From NCBI RefSeq assembly GCF_032191835.1, contig NC_083228.1, positions 147,312,001 to 147,376,000 on the forward strand: DNA of 64,000 bases, in the 5' to 3' direction. The notes beneath the pieces are model-generated. The model saw nothing but the letters and a program-made list of their open reading frames with translations. It ran no database searches and was not told the DNA's origin. A program made the translations under genes and the position numbers. The stretch comes from Heteronotia binoei. Lineage: Eukaryota. Of this stretch, positions 11,723 to 36,500 are shown one piece after another; within the stretch, counting starts at the first letter, position 1; each line of letters starts with the position of its first letter.

Positions 11723-12746
11723 CATTAAATAATATATGATACAAGAGTTGCTTCGTAGGATCCTAGGCTCACTACCCTAAACACAGTAGCACAGACCACA
11801 GTCCCTAATGTTTTTTCCAAGTTAACTTTGTGAGTCATTTTAGACAGTTGGAGTCTCCTGCCCGAGTAGAAAAGCTCTCTTGATCCACTCAGTTTTCAAT
11901 AGTTTCTTGACCTCCTCCGGCAGGCCATTCCGCAACAGGTATATGTGCAGTTGCTGATTTTGCCCATTTGCAGACTGGCACCTGCGGAAGACCTCACCCA
12001 GAGGAGCGGAGCTGTTGTGGGGGCACAGAGAGGTAGAGGCAGTCTGGCAATTATAAGTGTCCAAGGCCAGGAAGGGCTTTCTGGGTAATAGCCAATACTT
12101 TATACTGAGCCCAATAACAGTGGAGAGGCTGTAGATAGGGAATCCTAGATATGCCCCATATAAGCTCCCATAATAGCTGAGCTTTGAGATTTTACCCCAG
12201 CTGGAGTTTCTGAATTCACAAAGTCTGATTTACTAGCAAGAAATAATAATCTCTTTAATGAGCTCTGACTTTTCCTTAGCAGTCCTCTGATTCATAAAGA
12301 AACGCTTAATCTAGGGTTGCCAACTGCCTGGAGCTAAAAACTGGTGTCCCTTTACCAGCATGTGGGAGAGTGGGATGTGTTTGAGGTCTCCAAACATGGC
12401 TAAATCTCCTGCCATAGTTTGACCATTTTTAACATTTCGTCCTGTTTAGCGTAAAATTTCTGTGTACATTCAAGCTTTCTAGAAAAGCTCTTTTGATAGG
12501 CTAAGCCGTTACACAGTTTCTCCTTGTGTGGATTCTTAAGATGCTGTTGAAGATATCCATGCCAAGTGAATATCTTTGCATTCAAAGAAGTTTTCCCCAT
12601 GTGGGTTCTCTGGTGCAGCTGAAGAGAGCCACTCCAACTGAATCTCTTTCCACAATCTGAGCATGTAAAAGATTTCCCCAGTGTGGATTCTTTAATGCAG
12701 TTCAAGATGGCCAATCCAACTTAATGACTTTCCACACTCTCAGCAT

Positions 12747-24511
<11,765 letters not shown>

Positions 24512-25449
24512 TCCCCTCCCCTTCTATTGGGTCACCTCCGACTGGATAGAGATGCCTTGAGTCACTTGACTGTAAAGAGATACAGAGACAGTCACAGGTC
24601 ACAAGGAAAGCGAATGAGAATTGCCCTGGTGGATCAGAAGTAAAGTGCTTCTTGTGGTTTATAAACATGGTTTAAAATAATTTTGTTGTATGACATAGCA
24701 AGCTATTTTAGAGATGCTTCCTGAGTTCTCTGGGAAAGTTAATGGTCTCTGTTTGGCTCCTAAAGGGCGTTACAAGCTTAGCCTCTCAGTACATGGGTTC
24801 AGTCTGTCCAAGGGGCTAATTCTTAAGTTAAACTGGGGCCCCAAAAGGACCAGGGGGACTGGTGACCCCTTAACTGTTGTCTGTATCTCTGCAATAGACC
24901 TGAGGTCCTAGGCGAGAGCACCTCTTTCAAAAGCCATGGGGGTCCCCTTTGAACTGCGGGGTTCACCTGTTAGATCTCCAGCAAACACGTCTTTTGGGGA
25001 GGCTGAAAACCAGCTCCTCATGGCTCTTGTCACAACTAGAAGGAGACTCTCAAGACAGTTGCAGGGGCTACTCCCATAACCACAGGGGCTCAGTTAATTA
25101 CTCTCAACATTCCACAGTTACGAAGATACATTTACATATCCATCTCCAATTCTGATATTTACTTCTCTATGATTCTCCCCAGAATTAAATCCAAACAAAC
25201 GGTGACCAGGTAAATTGAGCTTGCTATCCCTGTTTGGTCCTTGCATCTCTTAAGAATCTTCATTACGTTGTATGCTAGTTTCCTGGTCAGTAGGAAAGGC
25301 CATAACTAGCTGCCAGCGACCACTCTGGTTTGGGGTTCAACCCAGGGAGGGCCCAGAATAGCCCCCCTCTTCACCTTCCCTGCCCCCCCTCACCCGCCCA
25401 CACACCACGGGGGGCACTGACGGGTGACCCCTCAAGCCTGAAGTGTCAG

Positions 25450-26200
25450 AAGGACCCAGGCCCATAAAGGCTTCCGTGGAGGAGGGGGGGATCGAACCCG
25501 GCTCTCCCAGATCAGAGTCCCTGCATTAACCGCACGACACCCCACTGGCTCTCAGCTGGTCCCGGGCAGTTCAGGTGTGCGGGGAAAGGGGGCGGGGGGG
25601 GGTGCAGCAGAAGACGTGCGGGAGGAAGGGGATGGAGTCTGGGGAATGGCCGGGGGGCCCTCGGCGCTCTTGGCCGCAGCAGCATCCAGGGGGCTCCAGG
25701 CGCGCCTCCCCCCCCCCCCCCCCGTCTCCCTTGGGTGCTGCAAGGCCCCTTCCCTACCTGGCCGCCTCGCCTTCCCCTCTCCGGCCCTCGTGGCGCTCGG
25801 AGCTGCTGCAGCCTTTGCAACCGGGGGAGGGTCGCAGGAGGCCCGGCTGCAGCTCTCTCCTTCGGCCCCTCCTGCCCCACCGGCGCAGCACCCCGCGCCC
25901 GGCAGCAGAGCTTGCACGTCCTCCGTTCCGGGGGCCCCTTTGCAAAGGCCGGCCCAGGCATGCACGCCTTCCTTCTCTTCCCTTCCGGAGCAGCAGTGCT
26001 TTGGAAGGGGCTCCAGCGCCCCCTGGCTCCGGCCTCTCCTCTGCCGGGATTGCAGCTCTCCCGGACGCCTCTCTGTGGGGCGGGTCCGCTTAGGGCTGCA
26101 GAAGGAAAAAAAATATCCTGCCCCTTTTGCAGGGAGAGCTCAGCCTTGCAGCCTTCCTGCCTCGTTGCAGACGCCTGGGAGGGGCCTCCTTGCACCGGGG
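25450..26200 (-). promoter_or_regulatory. CpG-rich putative promoter / first exon of gene B (candidate donor at 25758/25757)
   Basis: Paralogous to 4590-5300. Confidence 0.55.
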
Positions 26201-27833
26201 GCAGAAGGAAGGAGGGTTCTTCTCTTGCAAACGAGGGGGGAGGTCAGTCTTTGAAACGGTGGAGGGGGGGGGAATGAGCCCTTTGGGATGCCCCCGCAAG
26301 CATCACTTCTGTGGCCAGAATCCTAGGCAGGCAGCCCGGTAGCTGTTTTCCCCTTGCAGTCTGGGAACTGCATTCCACATTCTGGGAACTGCCTTGCACC
26401 AAATCAGAGCCCCCCCCCCCCCCCCCATCTCCACCCAGGTCAGATTTGTCCACTCAGACTGGCAGGCCTCTGTGTGTCCTCAGGAGTCCTTCACATCACT
26501 TCTTCCCCTCGTCTTTTAACTGGAGGTTGGACAGGAGACCTTCTGCCCGCCAAGCAGATGCTCTGCCCCTGAGCCACAGCCCCCCCTCCCCTAATCCCAG
26601 CTTTCCTTTCAGCCTACAGACGGTGCTAGTCCTCAGTGCTCTCAGGCAGCCGTCCAGCCCGGGGGCCCATCACAGCCTGTGTTGTCTGCTCAGACCGGCA
26701 GCGGCTCTGCAGGGTCTCAGGCCGAGGTCTTTCGCATCATCCTCTGCCTGGTCCGTTTAACTGGAGGTGCCAGAGATTGAACTAGAGACTGAACCAGTAA
26801 ATGCTCTACCACCACTGAGCCATGACCCTCTGGGGCACGGAAACAGGAAGGGGCGCTCTGCCTTATGCTGAAGGACCATTCATCTCTCAAGAGATTTACC
26901 AGGCCGCCTTGTTACTGGACCAAAAGGGCCAGAGGGCAACAGGAGCTGACCTCCTGCATCCTTCGCAGGGAAACCTTTGTGTCTGGGGCTTCCTGGTCTC
27001 CCCACTGCAGTTCGAAGCAGCATCTCCTTTCCTCCATGGCAGGAAGTGGGCTGGGAAAGTCTCAGCTGATGAGGTGAATAGGAATGGCAAGGGTGGAATT
27101 TTTATTTAAAAAAAATCTATGTATGTGGGTGCTGGAACATGCAGACTGGCCTACTTCACAGGGGTGTTTTAGTTTTGGGGGTTTTTTACAAGTCTCCCAG
27201 TGGGGCACTGATGTTTACAAGCACAGGCTGCATTGGGGAAGTGGGCTCTCTGTACCCTTACAGTGGAGTGGCAGTCACTTGAGTCGTAAGGAAATAGGGC
27301 TCAGGTAATTTACGTGTGGTCCAATCTTTATGGAAGCTGGGAAGGCCCATGTCTCAGGGGCAGCTTTCCGCCTTAATTCGGGTTTGGGGGCAGAAAAGAG
27401 GGCTGCCTGGTCCTAATTTTGTGAACAAAAAGGAATGAAGGCTGAAAAAGCACAAACAAAACACTGTGCAGTGTTATAAATTCACAACATGGTGCTGAAC
27501 ACTTCAGTGCTGGAATATATTATTTCACTTCAAATCAAAATCAAATCAGTATGTGCTGAATACACATAAATGGGATGGTTTTAGCCACGGCCACCCTATC
27601 CAGTCCATACCAATTTTCACCTGAAATTCTTACAGTTCTACCATGATGCTCAACATCCAACTGGAGTAATCCTTATGTGTTTCTGCCAGTTCGCACATAG
27701 AGTGGAATTCAGCAATGTGATGTACTCATTGTCAAAACTGAAAATGTGACAACATGGACCTGAGGTTGACACTTTTGCACGTTTCATGAGAATCTCTCTT
27801 CTTCTGGTCACCTTAGTTGATGCAAAACTTAGA

Positions 27834-28158
27834 TGTCGGAATGAACCCCACAACACGCGTGCTCAGGAGGAAATGCTTAGCTTGCAAAGCAAGCGGTCTT
27901 TATTTTGTAGGGTCCAGGTCTCAGCTTAAGTCATAGCAACAAAAAGATTCTCACAGGAAGCAGGCAAAATATTCTGCTTAGTTTACAGAAATCTACCATA
28001 GCTTAGCAGGTTCCCAAAATATCTTGTCTCAACGTGATGGATGTGAGAGCGTCTGTGTTTTCCAGACATTTCAGGGTCTTGAGTAAGTGAGCTCATGATA
28101 CTCCCACGCCTCTCGGGCTCACAGCAGCAAGACCCCATTTCAGCTAGATAGTTCTACA
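27834..28158 (-). mobile_element. Solo LTR, 325 bp (ERV-like)
   Basis: TG…CA ends; 6-bp TSD CTTAG(A/G); minus-strand AATAAA at 27899-27904; empty site AAAACTTAGGTTATG at ~8495 and ~45850. Confidence 0.8.
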
Positions 28159-30495
28159 CTTAGGTTATGCCAGACAGACCCCATTGGCAAACGGTCCTTC
28201 CCTGGCAGCGAGGCCTCTTTGGGTGGGGCACAGGTATGAGGGGAACAGCAGAGACTTCCCCCAGATGGGCACCCCCCTCCAGGAGCCTTTCAGCCCCACA
28301 CACCCCTCCTCCCCCCTTCAGCAGGAAAGGGCCACAAGCAGCTGCAAGCAACCACTAAACCAGGGAGAGCCCCAAATAGCCTCCTTCTCCCCTTCCCAAG
28401 CACTCCCCACACCCCAGGAAGGTGACCAATCAACTCTTGAGGCAAATTCAAGCTTCTAATTAAACAAGGAGGGAAGAAACCAAGAGAGAGAGGAGGGAAA
28501 ACAACCGCTCGGGAGGAGCAGTTTTAGCAGACTGAGCAGGGAGACATTATCTCCATGGCAACCCTAGACAGGCCTCCTCCCCGGGCACTGCTTCGCTACC
28601 TGCAGCCCAGGCTCCCAGGATGCAACGGGCTTCCCTGGCTTGGGGGGACAACATGCCTTGAACCAGGCTGCATGCAAGCCAACCGGGTAGGGTTGCCAAC
28701 TCTGGGTTAGGGGATTCCTGGAGATTTCAGGGGTGGAGCTGTAGGGTTTTTTTGGGGGGAGGAAGTGTTCAATACTGGGTTCAGTGGGGAAGAACGAGGG
28801 CTCCCAGAGCAGCAACCAGCAGCTTTTACTCAGTCATTCAGCATAACTATATCCAAGTAAATCTGGCATGCAAGCCCCAGGCCGTGGCCTGATTACATAC
28901 AGTGAGACCCCACCCTGCTCCCACCCACAGGAAGCCCCCTCTAGGTGGCCCCAGGCAGCCTGACCAACCCTGGTTCTCACGGATGGAGAAGCTCACGAAG
29001 TCCCTAATGCTTCAGGCAAGGACATAAGACCACCTCAAAGTTCTGGGATGGATGGAGCCTCACCCGCTGAAACTTCATCCCCCGCTCACGGTTACCGGCT
29101 TTCCTCCCTGGTTTTGGTGCTGTGCATATGTTTTTACTACTGAATTTTTACAAAATTGTCTTATGTGTATACATCAGGGTTGGCCAACGGTAGCTCTCCA
29201 GATGTTTTTTGCCTACAACTCCTATCAGCCCAAGGCAGCATGGCCAATGGCTGGAGTTGATGGGAGTTGTAGGCAAAAAACATCTGGAGAGCTACCGTTG
29301 GCCATCCCTGGTATAATTCATCTCAAATGTAGTTTTAATGCTGAACTGCTTTAACGGTTTGATGTTTGCCACCTTGGAGATATTACTGGGGTGGAAAGAT
29401 GGCCAAGAAGGGTTGCCATTGCTAAGAGTTCTGAAGCCTTGCTCTCGTTGCAAATTGTATAATGGCATTGTAAAGCTTGTAGAACAGTGAAACAGGGCAT
29501 CAAGTGCAACCCTGTCATGTTCCATATATGTCTTGCTGCACTGAACTACTTCAGCATCTACTGAGAAGAATTGGAGCTCGGGGCTCTGTTTAAGAACCAG
29601 CCTTTGCCATAGCCTGGACTTTTCATCTGAAAATTTGGCATAAATTTGTCAGCTATGAGAATTTGAGATGCAGGCGTGGTCAGTGTTCTATTTTTGTGAT
29701 TCATTTCACCTTATTTTGTTCTATATTTATAAAGCACTTATAAGTTTTTGTATTATTATTGAGGCTTGTTTTTCGCTTTTCCTGCACCACCTGGAGTTCG
29801 GCAACACTGACTATATGGGAGGGGAGTCTTGTGTAAGCTGTCCCTTCTGTACCTCATTGTCTGCTCCCTGTTCTCACCTCTCCAGGTTCACCTGAGTAGG
29901 ACCTCCGCTAGGTGCCACCTGCCAATGGGCAAAATCAACAACTCACCACACACGTGGCTTCTCTGTTGTGGCCCCGCCTTCTGCAATGGCCTGCCTGAAG
30001 AAGGCTCCCACTCACCTGGCTCTCTGCAAATTATGCACATCTGGATCATTTCCCACCTTCCTTGTTCATCATGTGGAACTCCCTTGCAGAGCTGCCCAGT
30101 CTGAGGCAGCTTTTCCTCACAGCCCCGCCCCCCACTCTGGCTTCTCAAGGCTTCGTCCTCCAGCTCTCCTGCAAGCAAAGCCAGATCCCACAAGGAGGAC
30201 ATTGGAGGACTTCAGTGTTTCTCCTCTCCTTCCTGTATTCTCCCTAGAAAATGCACACCGGCTTGTCTGCTTCTTAAGCTTTTACTAGCTGCTGGGCACA
30301 GAAGCAAAAAAAAGAATTATTTCCATGACTATTTGTTTTCAAATGAAGGAAGAGATTCAAGGTGCCTTTTAAGCACCAACCTGGCCCAAACAATCTGCTC
30401 TCCGGTTCCAGAGGTATAAAACTTTGCTGTGGTTGTTCAGACACCTTGTCAGCCAAAAGAAAGCCAGGCAGGAAATCAAAAGGAGTGAAAAATTA

Positions 30496-30765
30496 ACTGG
30501 AGAGCCAGTTTGGTGTAGTGGTTAAGTGTGCGGACTCTTATCTGGGAGAACCGGGTTTGATTCCCCACTCCTCCACTTGCACCTGCTAGCATGGCCTTGG
30601 GTCAGCCATAGCTCTGGCAGAGGTTGTCCCTGAAAGGGCAGCTGCTGTGAGAGCCCTCTCCAGCCCCACCCACCTCACAGGGTGTCTGTTGTGGGGGAGG
30701 AAGGTAAAGGAGATTGTGAGCCGCTCTGAGACTCTTCGGAGTGGAGGGCGGGATATAAATCCAAT

Positions 30766-30796
<31 letters not shown>

Positions 30797-30807
30797 CCAT
30801 CACCATC
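30496..30807 (+). mobile_element. Full-length tRNA-head / L2-tail SINE with (CAT)n tail
   Basis: TGGTGTAGTGG A-box, GGTTTGATTCC B-box, 3' GCCGCTCTGAG…GGGCGGGATATAAAT; absent at the paralogous sites ~10880 and ~49684. Confidence 0.9.
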
Positions 30808-32312
30808 AGCCCAAAGAAGACAGGGACCATTCAAGCAATGCTTTTAAAAAAAATTAAATCTAATCCAATGCAAGGGAAAATAAGTAATAAAAACATAAAT
30901 CTAAATACAAAGATCCAATTTAAACAATTTGATGCATAAACAATTTACCAAAACAGTACACAATATACTAGATATTAAGAACTGAGAAATAGCCTATAAT
31001 TAATTCTATTCGGCAAAAAGAAATTTTCCCAAAGAATTCCAAATCTGGGGCTCAAAGTAAATCCTAATCTATAGCCAAATCAGGATAATTATTGAAGAAT
31101 GCTTCAGAAGGTCTGCTCCTCTGCCAGGGCTTTTGAATGACAGGCCTCTGGGAAAGGACTAACAGAAGTGAGTCCAAATAATCAACAAGAAGCAGCATTC
31201 CATGAACAACACAAAAGGATTAGGGTTGTAGAACCAATCAGAAATCTATAATCACAGCTGAAGCATAGGCTTGGTCTTAAAATGACACATTAAATAATAT
31301 ATGATACAAGATTTGCTTCGTAGGATCCTAGGTTCACTGCCCTAAACACAGTAGCACAGACCACAGTCCCTAATGTTTTCTCCAAGTTAACTTTGTGAGT
31401 CATTTTAGACAGTTGGAGTCTCCTGCCCGAGTAGAAAAGCTCTCTTGATCCACTCAGTTTTCAATAGTTTCTTGACCTCCTCGGGCAGGTAGCTCCCCAA
31501 CAGGTGTATGTGCAGTTGCTGATTTCGCCCATTTGTAGGTTGGCACCTGCGGAAGACCTCACCCAGAGGAGCGGAGCTGTTGTGGGGGCACAGAGGAGGA
31601 GAGGCAGTCTGGCAATTATAAGTGTCCAGGGTCATGAAGGGCTTTTCGGGTAATAGCCAACACTTTATATTGAGCCCAATAACAGTGGAGAGGTTGTAGA
31701 ATGGGAATCCTATATATGCTCCATATAAGCTCCCATTATAGCTGAGCTGTGAGATTTTACCCCAGCTGCAGTTTCTGAATTCACAAAGTCTGATTTACTA
31801 GCAACAAATAATAATCTCTTTAATGAGCTCTGACTTCTCCTTAGCAGTACTCTGATTCATAAAGAAACGCTTAATCTAGGGTTGCCAACTGCCTGGAGGT
31901 AAAAAGTGGTGTCCCTTTAACAGCATGTGGGACAGTGGGATGTGTTTGAGGTCTCCAAACATGGCTAAATCTCCTGCCATAGTCTGACCGTTTTTAACAT
32001 TTCGTCCTGTTTAGCGTAAAATTTCTGTGTACATTCAAGCTATCTAGAAAAGCTCTTTTGATAGGCTAAGCCGTTATACAGTTTCTCCTTGTGTGGATTC
32101 TTAAGATGCTGTTGACGATATCCATGCCAAGTGAATCTCTTTGCATTCAAAGAAGTTTTCCCCATGTGGGTTCTCTGGTGCAGCTGAAGAGAGCCACTGC
32201 AACTGAATATCTTTCCACAATCTGAGCATGAAAAAGATTTTTCCCTGTGTGGATTCTTTGATGCAGTTCAAGATGGCCACTCCAACTTATTCACTTTCCA
32301 CAATCTCAGCAT

Positions 32313-33595
32313 TCAAAGGGTTTCTCCCGTGTGGATCCTTTGATGCCGTTGAAGACTGCCACTTTGACTGAATCTCTTTCCACACTCTGAGCATTCAAAA
32401 CATTTCTCCCCTGTGTGAGTTCTCTGATGCTGTTGAAGATAGCCACTCCAACGGAATCTCTTTCCACACTCTGAGCATTCAAAAGGTTTCTCCCCTGTGT
32501 GCGTTCTCTGATGCCGATTTAGAGTACTACTGCGACCGAATCTCTTTCCACACTCTGAGCATTCAAAAGGTTTCTCCCCTGTGTGGGTTCTCTGATGCCG
32601 ATTTAGAGTACTACTGCGACTGAATCTCTTTCCACACTCTGAGCATTCAAAAGGTTTCTCCCCTGTGTGGGTTCTCTGATGCTCTTGAAGATTGCCACTG
32701 AAAATGAATCTTTTCCCACACTCTGAACATTCAAAAGGTTTCTCCCCCGTGTGGGTTCTCTGATGCAGTTTTAGAGTATTACTGCAACCGAATCTCTTTC
32801 CACACTCTGAGCATTCAAAAGGTTTCTCCCCTGTGTGGGTTCTCTGATGCCGTTGAAGTCTGCCACTGAAAATGAATCTCTTCCCACACTCTGAGCATTT
32901 GAAAGGTTTCTCCCCTGTGTGGGTTCTCTGATGCTGTTTTAGAGTACTACTGTGAACGAATCTCTTTCCACACTCTGAGCATTCAAAAGGTTTCTCCCCT
33001 GTGTGAGTTCTCTGATGCTGTTGAAGATGGCCACTCTGACTGAACCTCTTTCCACACTCTGAGCATTCAAAAGGTTTCTCCCCTGTGTGGGTTCTCTGAT
33101 GGCGTTGAAGACTGCCACTGAAAATGAATCTCTTCCCACACTCTGAGCATTCAAAAGGTTTCTCCCCTGTGTGAGTTCTCTGATGCTGTTGAAGATGGTC
33201 ACTCCGACTGAATCTCTTTCCACACTCTGAGCATTCAAAAGGTTTCTCCCTTGTTTGGGTTCTCTGATGCAGTTTTAGAGTGCTACTGTGACTGAATCTT
33301 TTTCCATGGTTTGAACATTCAAAATGCTTCTTGCCTCTGTGTACTCTTTGGTGCACAAGGAGCTGTGATCTATTTCTGAAGTACTTGCTACACTGAGTGG
33401 ATGTACATGTCTTAATTATTCTCTTCTTTGGAAAATGTACATTAAACCTTTTTCCTTCTCTCTTTTCATCCATACTGCTGCCTTTCTTTCTCTTAGGTCT
33501 GCCTCGATTTCTACTGTTTTCTTTCAAGTCTTGAACTCGATCTGGCAGCTGCTGCTCAAATTCCTCGCCCTCCTCGTTTCTCTGATCATCCCCTG
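32313..33595 (-). CDS. Zinc-finger exon of gene C (11 canonical fingers)
   Basis: ORF 32313..33527 extends in frame to acceptor at 33595. Confidence 0.96.
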
Positions 33596-36500
33596 CTGGA
33601 ATAAAGAGAGAGATCCCTTTAACAAATGGGAGGGCAGGTAATGTCCAAAAACATCTCTGTGACTGCAGCCTCCTCCAGCTTCCCTGATCTTAACCACTTC
33701 TCCCCTCTCCCCAGAATGTCTAGCATTTAAGGTTGCCTCATCCCCTCAAGAACCACGGCTGAGCTTGCAATGCCAATTCCCTCCCACACACACACTCCAG
33801 CCTCATCTAGCCAGAAGCCACGCAGGGTTCCTGAATGCCATGAATTTCCAACAACACAGAAAGATTTTTTGAAGATGGTGCTTGGCAACTGAAAAGAATA
33901 AGAAGTGATTAAAAAATATCAAAGGAGAAAGTATAAGCCAGCACTCTTACTTCTATTGCTCTGAGGCAGACTTCCAGGTTAATTCAGATCCGAGCCTTGG
34001 CTGGCTGGCGGGGAATCCCAGGGGAAGTGGAGACTCATCCAGCAGTGCCTCTTGCTGCAATCCAGGAAACCCCCCCAGGGAACGAGGCAAAAGTGTAGGA
34101 TTTTATCAGGAAGGACCAGGAACCCCCAGAGCCGATCAAAGGGCTTTTCCCAGATGACTCACTGCAACAATGAACACGCTGCTGTTTTGCACGACAGCAC
34201 GGGAAAGAAAGCTTTGAGATCAAACTCCTGTAGCTAGAAGGGAGGGGCCCTGTGAACACAGCACTGGATTCTCCCCCAGCCAGCGGTGCTGTAATGCTGA
34301 GTGAGACAGAGAAACCTATTTGCACAGCCTGAAATAGCATGCTGAAGGACGAAAAGTTTATTATACAGCTCTTGCTCAGAAGAAGTTCCTAACCCTCCAA
34401 ATTCCAGTCCCCTGGCGGCCTCACTCCCTCCTTACTCAGCGGGCTGCATGATTGTACCAAACTAAATCTTGATCAAAAAGAAGTGAATCAAAAAACCCCC
34501 ATGGCTACTCCTTGCCTGTCCCCTGGACATATCCGTGCAGGATACTCACTCTCAGCCAGCTCATTTCGGAAGGAAATCTGTTCTTGGGATCCCCTTGAGA
34601 AACTCTCCAGCCTTCCTTCGGATGTGAGGATGTTGTCATTCTCCACCAAAGTCTCTCTTATACTTCTGCCTTCTTTGGGGGGGGGGGGGGGAATACGGGG
34701 GGGAGAGAAAAATTATTCTTATCAGAGCCGGATCTACATATTTTTGAGCACAAAAATATGGTTTTAAAAACAGAATACTTTTTTTTCACGATTACTTTGA
34801 GAAGGAGATCAGATCAGAATTTCAAGTGGACACACGGGCAAGGGGGAAAGGAGTGAAGTTGCCTCTTCCGACTTTACTGGTGGAACACAGAGAAGGGCAG
34901 AGTTTGCCAGGGGAAGAAAATAAAGGGCGAGCACAGAGAAAAGCTAAAAGGGAGCCTGACTCCCCACCCACACTCCCTGTGAATGAGGAAGGAGGGGACC
35001 TCTCAAGGCTTCTCCTGAGGGACTACTTAACCTGTCAGTGCAGCAGAGTTATTACCCTTCACCTAAGGAACGGGCTGTGCTGCTGCCCCCATTGCCTTGG
35101 GGGGTAAACGGATGTATTGAAACTAAAGTAGAGTGGAATAGGGCACCAAACTCCAGTAGAGCAGCAGTAGTGGTGGCGGGGAATATCCTTCTATATCCTT
35201 CTTAAAATGTGGTGCCCAAAACTGAAAAGAGAAAGCTAGCCAGCAAAAGCAGCCCTGTGCATCCTCCCCCAACATTCCCATTGCATTTTCAGAAAAGAGA
35301 GAGGCCCTAGGCGCCCGCAAGTACATGGCAAGCCCTTTGACATCGGCAGCTTCAATTCCAACCAAGAGTCCTTCAACTTTACAGGAATCCACGGTCCAGC
35401 ACCTCCGGAGGAAACCACGTAGTGTTCCAAATCCCAAGTAGTCTAGAACAGCAGATAAATCTTGCACACAGCAGTCTTGAACACAGTGATGAGGTAGTGC
35501 TTTATATCCCCCCGTTTCACTAGAAGCGTTGACCAGCTTTCATACAGAGCATGGCAAGATTCCGATATTTTTGCACACCATTAAGCTACAAACTCCAAGG
35601 TCTTGCCAATTGTGCAGTTGAGAGAGCCTGCAAGCTCCCCACCCCCCTTTCTCCCCAAGGGACGAGCCTCAGCCAGTGGAGAAAAAAGAGAGTTTGATCT
35701 GTAGCTCCTGTGCGATTGAGCAAGCCTGGCAAGCTGTGATGCAGAAGGAAGCAAGAGAGAGGGAGAAGGAAGCAGTTGACAGCCAGTTGCTCGGGGGCCT
35801 TATAGGAGCCCTCTGAGGGCCTGAATCAGCCCCCAGACCGCATGTTTCGCACCCCTGATTTAGGCTACAGTTTGAATACTTATGTAGTAACAAGGAAAGG
35901 AAAGGTCCCCTGTGGAAGCGCCAGTTGTTTCCGACTCTGGGGTGACGTTGCTTTCACAACTAGATCTACTATCCAATACCAGGTATTTCATGTGTAAGAT
36001 AGAACAGTGAGCTTTTCATGATTTTCTGTTGCTGAGCTTTATAAACCGCACTATTTAGTAGTGTCTCGGTTTTACATCCTTCATAAATCTTTCTATGTTC
36101 TAGAAGGGCCAGGATTAGGAAAAGAGAAATCAGAATCTAGCCCCTTCCAGCGTCTTTCTCAGCATCTCTGTTCTGGGCCAGCCTGAGCTCAGCATGAAAT
36201 CTTCAGGGGAGGAGGACTCCTCAGGAGAAGGGGAGTCACGCATGGCTGGCTCTGAGTCAGCAGAAGCAGGAAACAGGCTGATGAGCTGCAGGCTGATGAA
36301 GACTCACCACCAGCAGCTGATCCAGAGCCACCACCCAGTCCTGATGCAGCAGCTGAGGCTAAAGTAATTAAGAGAGGCTGAGAAACTTGGGAATCTTCAG
36401 TCTGGAGAAGAGGAGGCTGAGGGGCGACATGATTGCTTTCTTGAAGTATTTCAAGGGCTGTCACTTAGAGCAAGGTGGGGAGCTGTCTCTGTTCGCAGCA

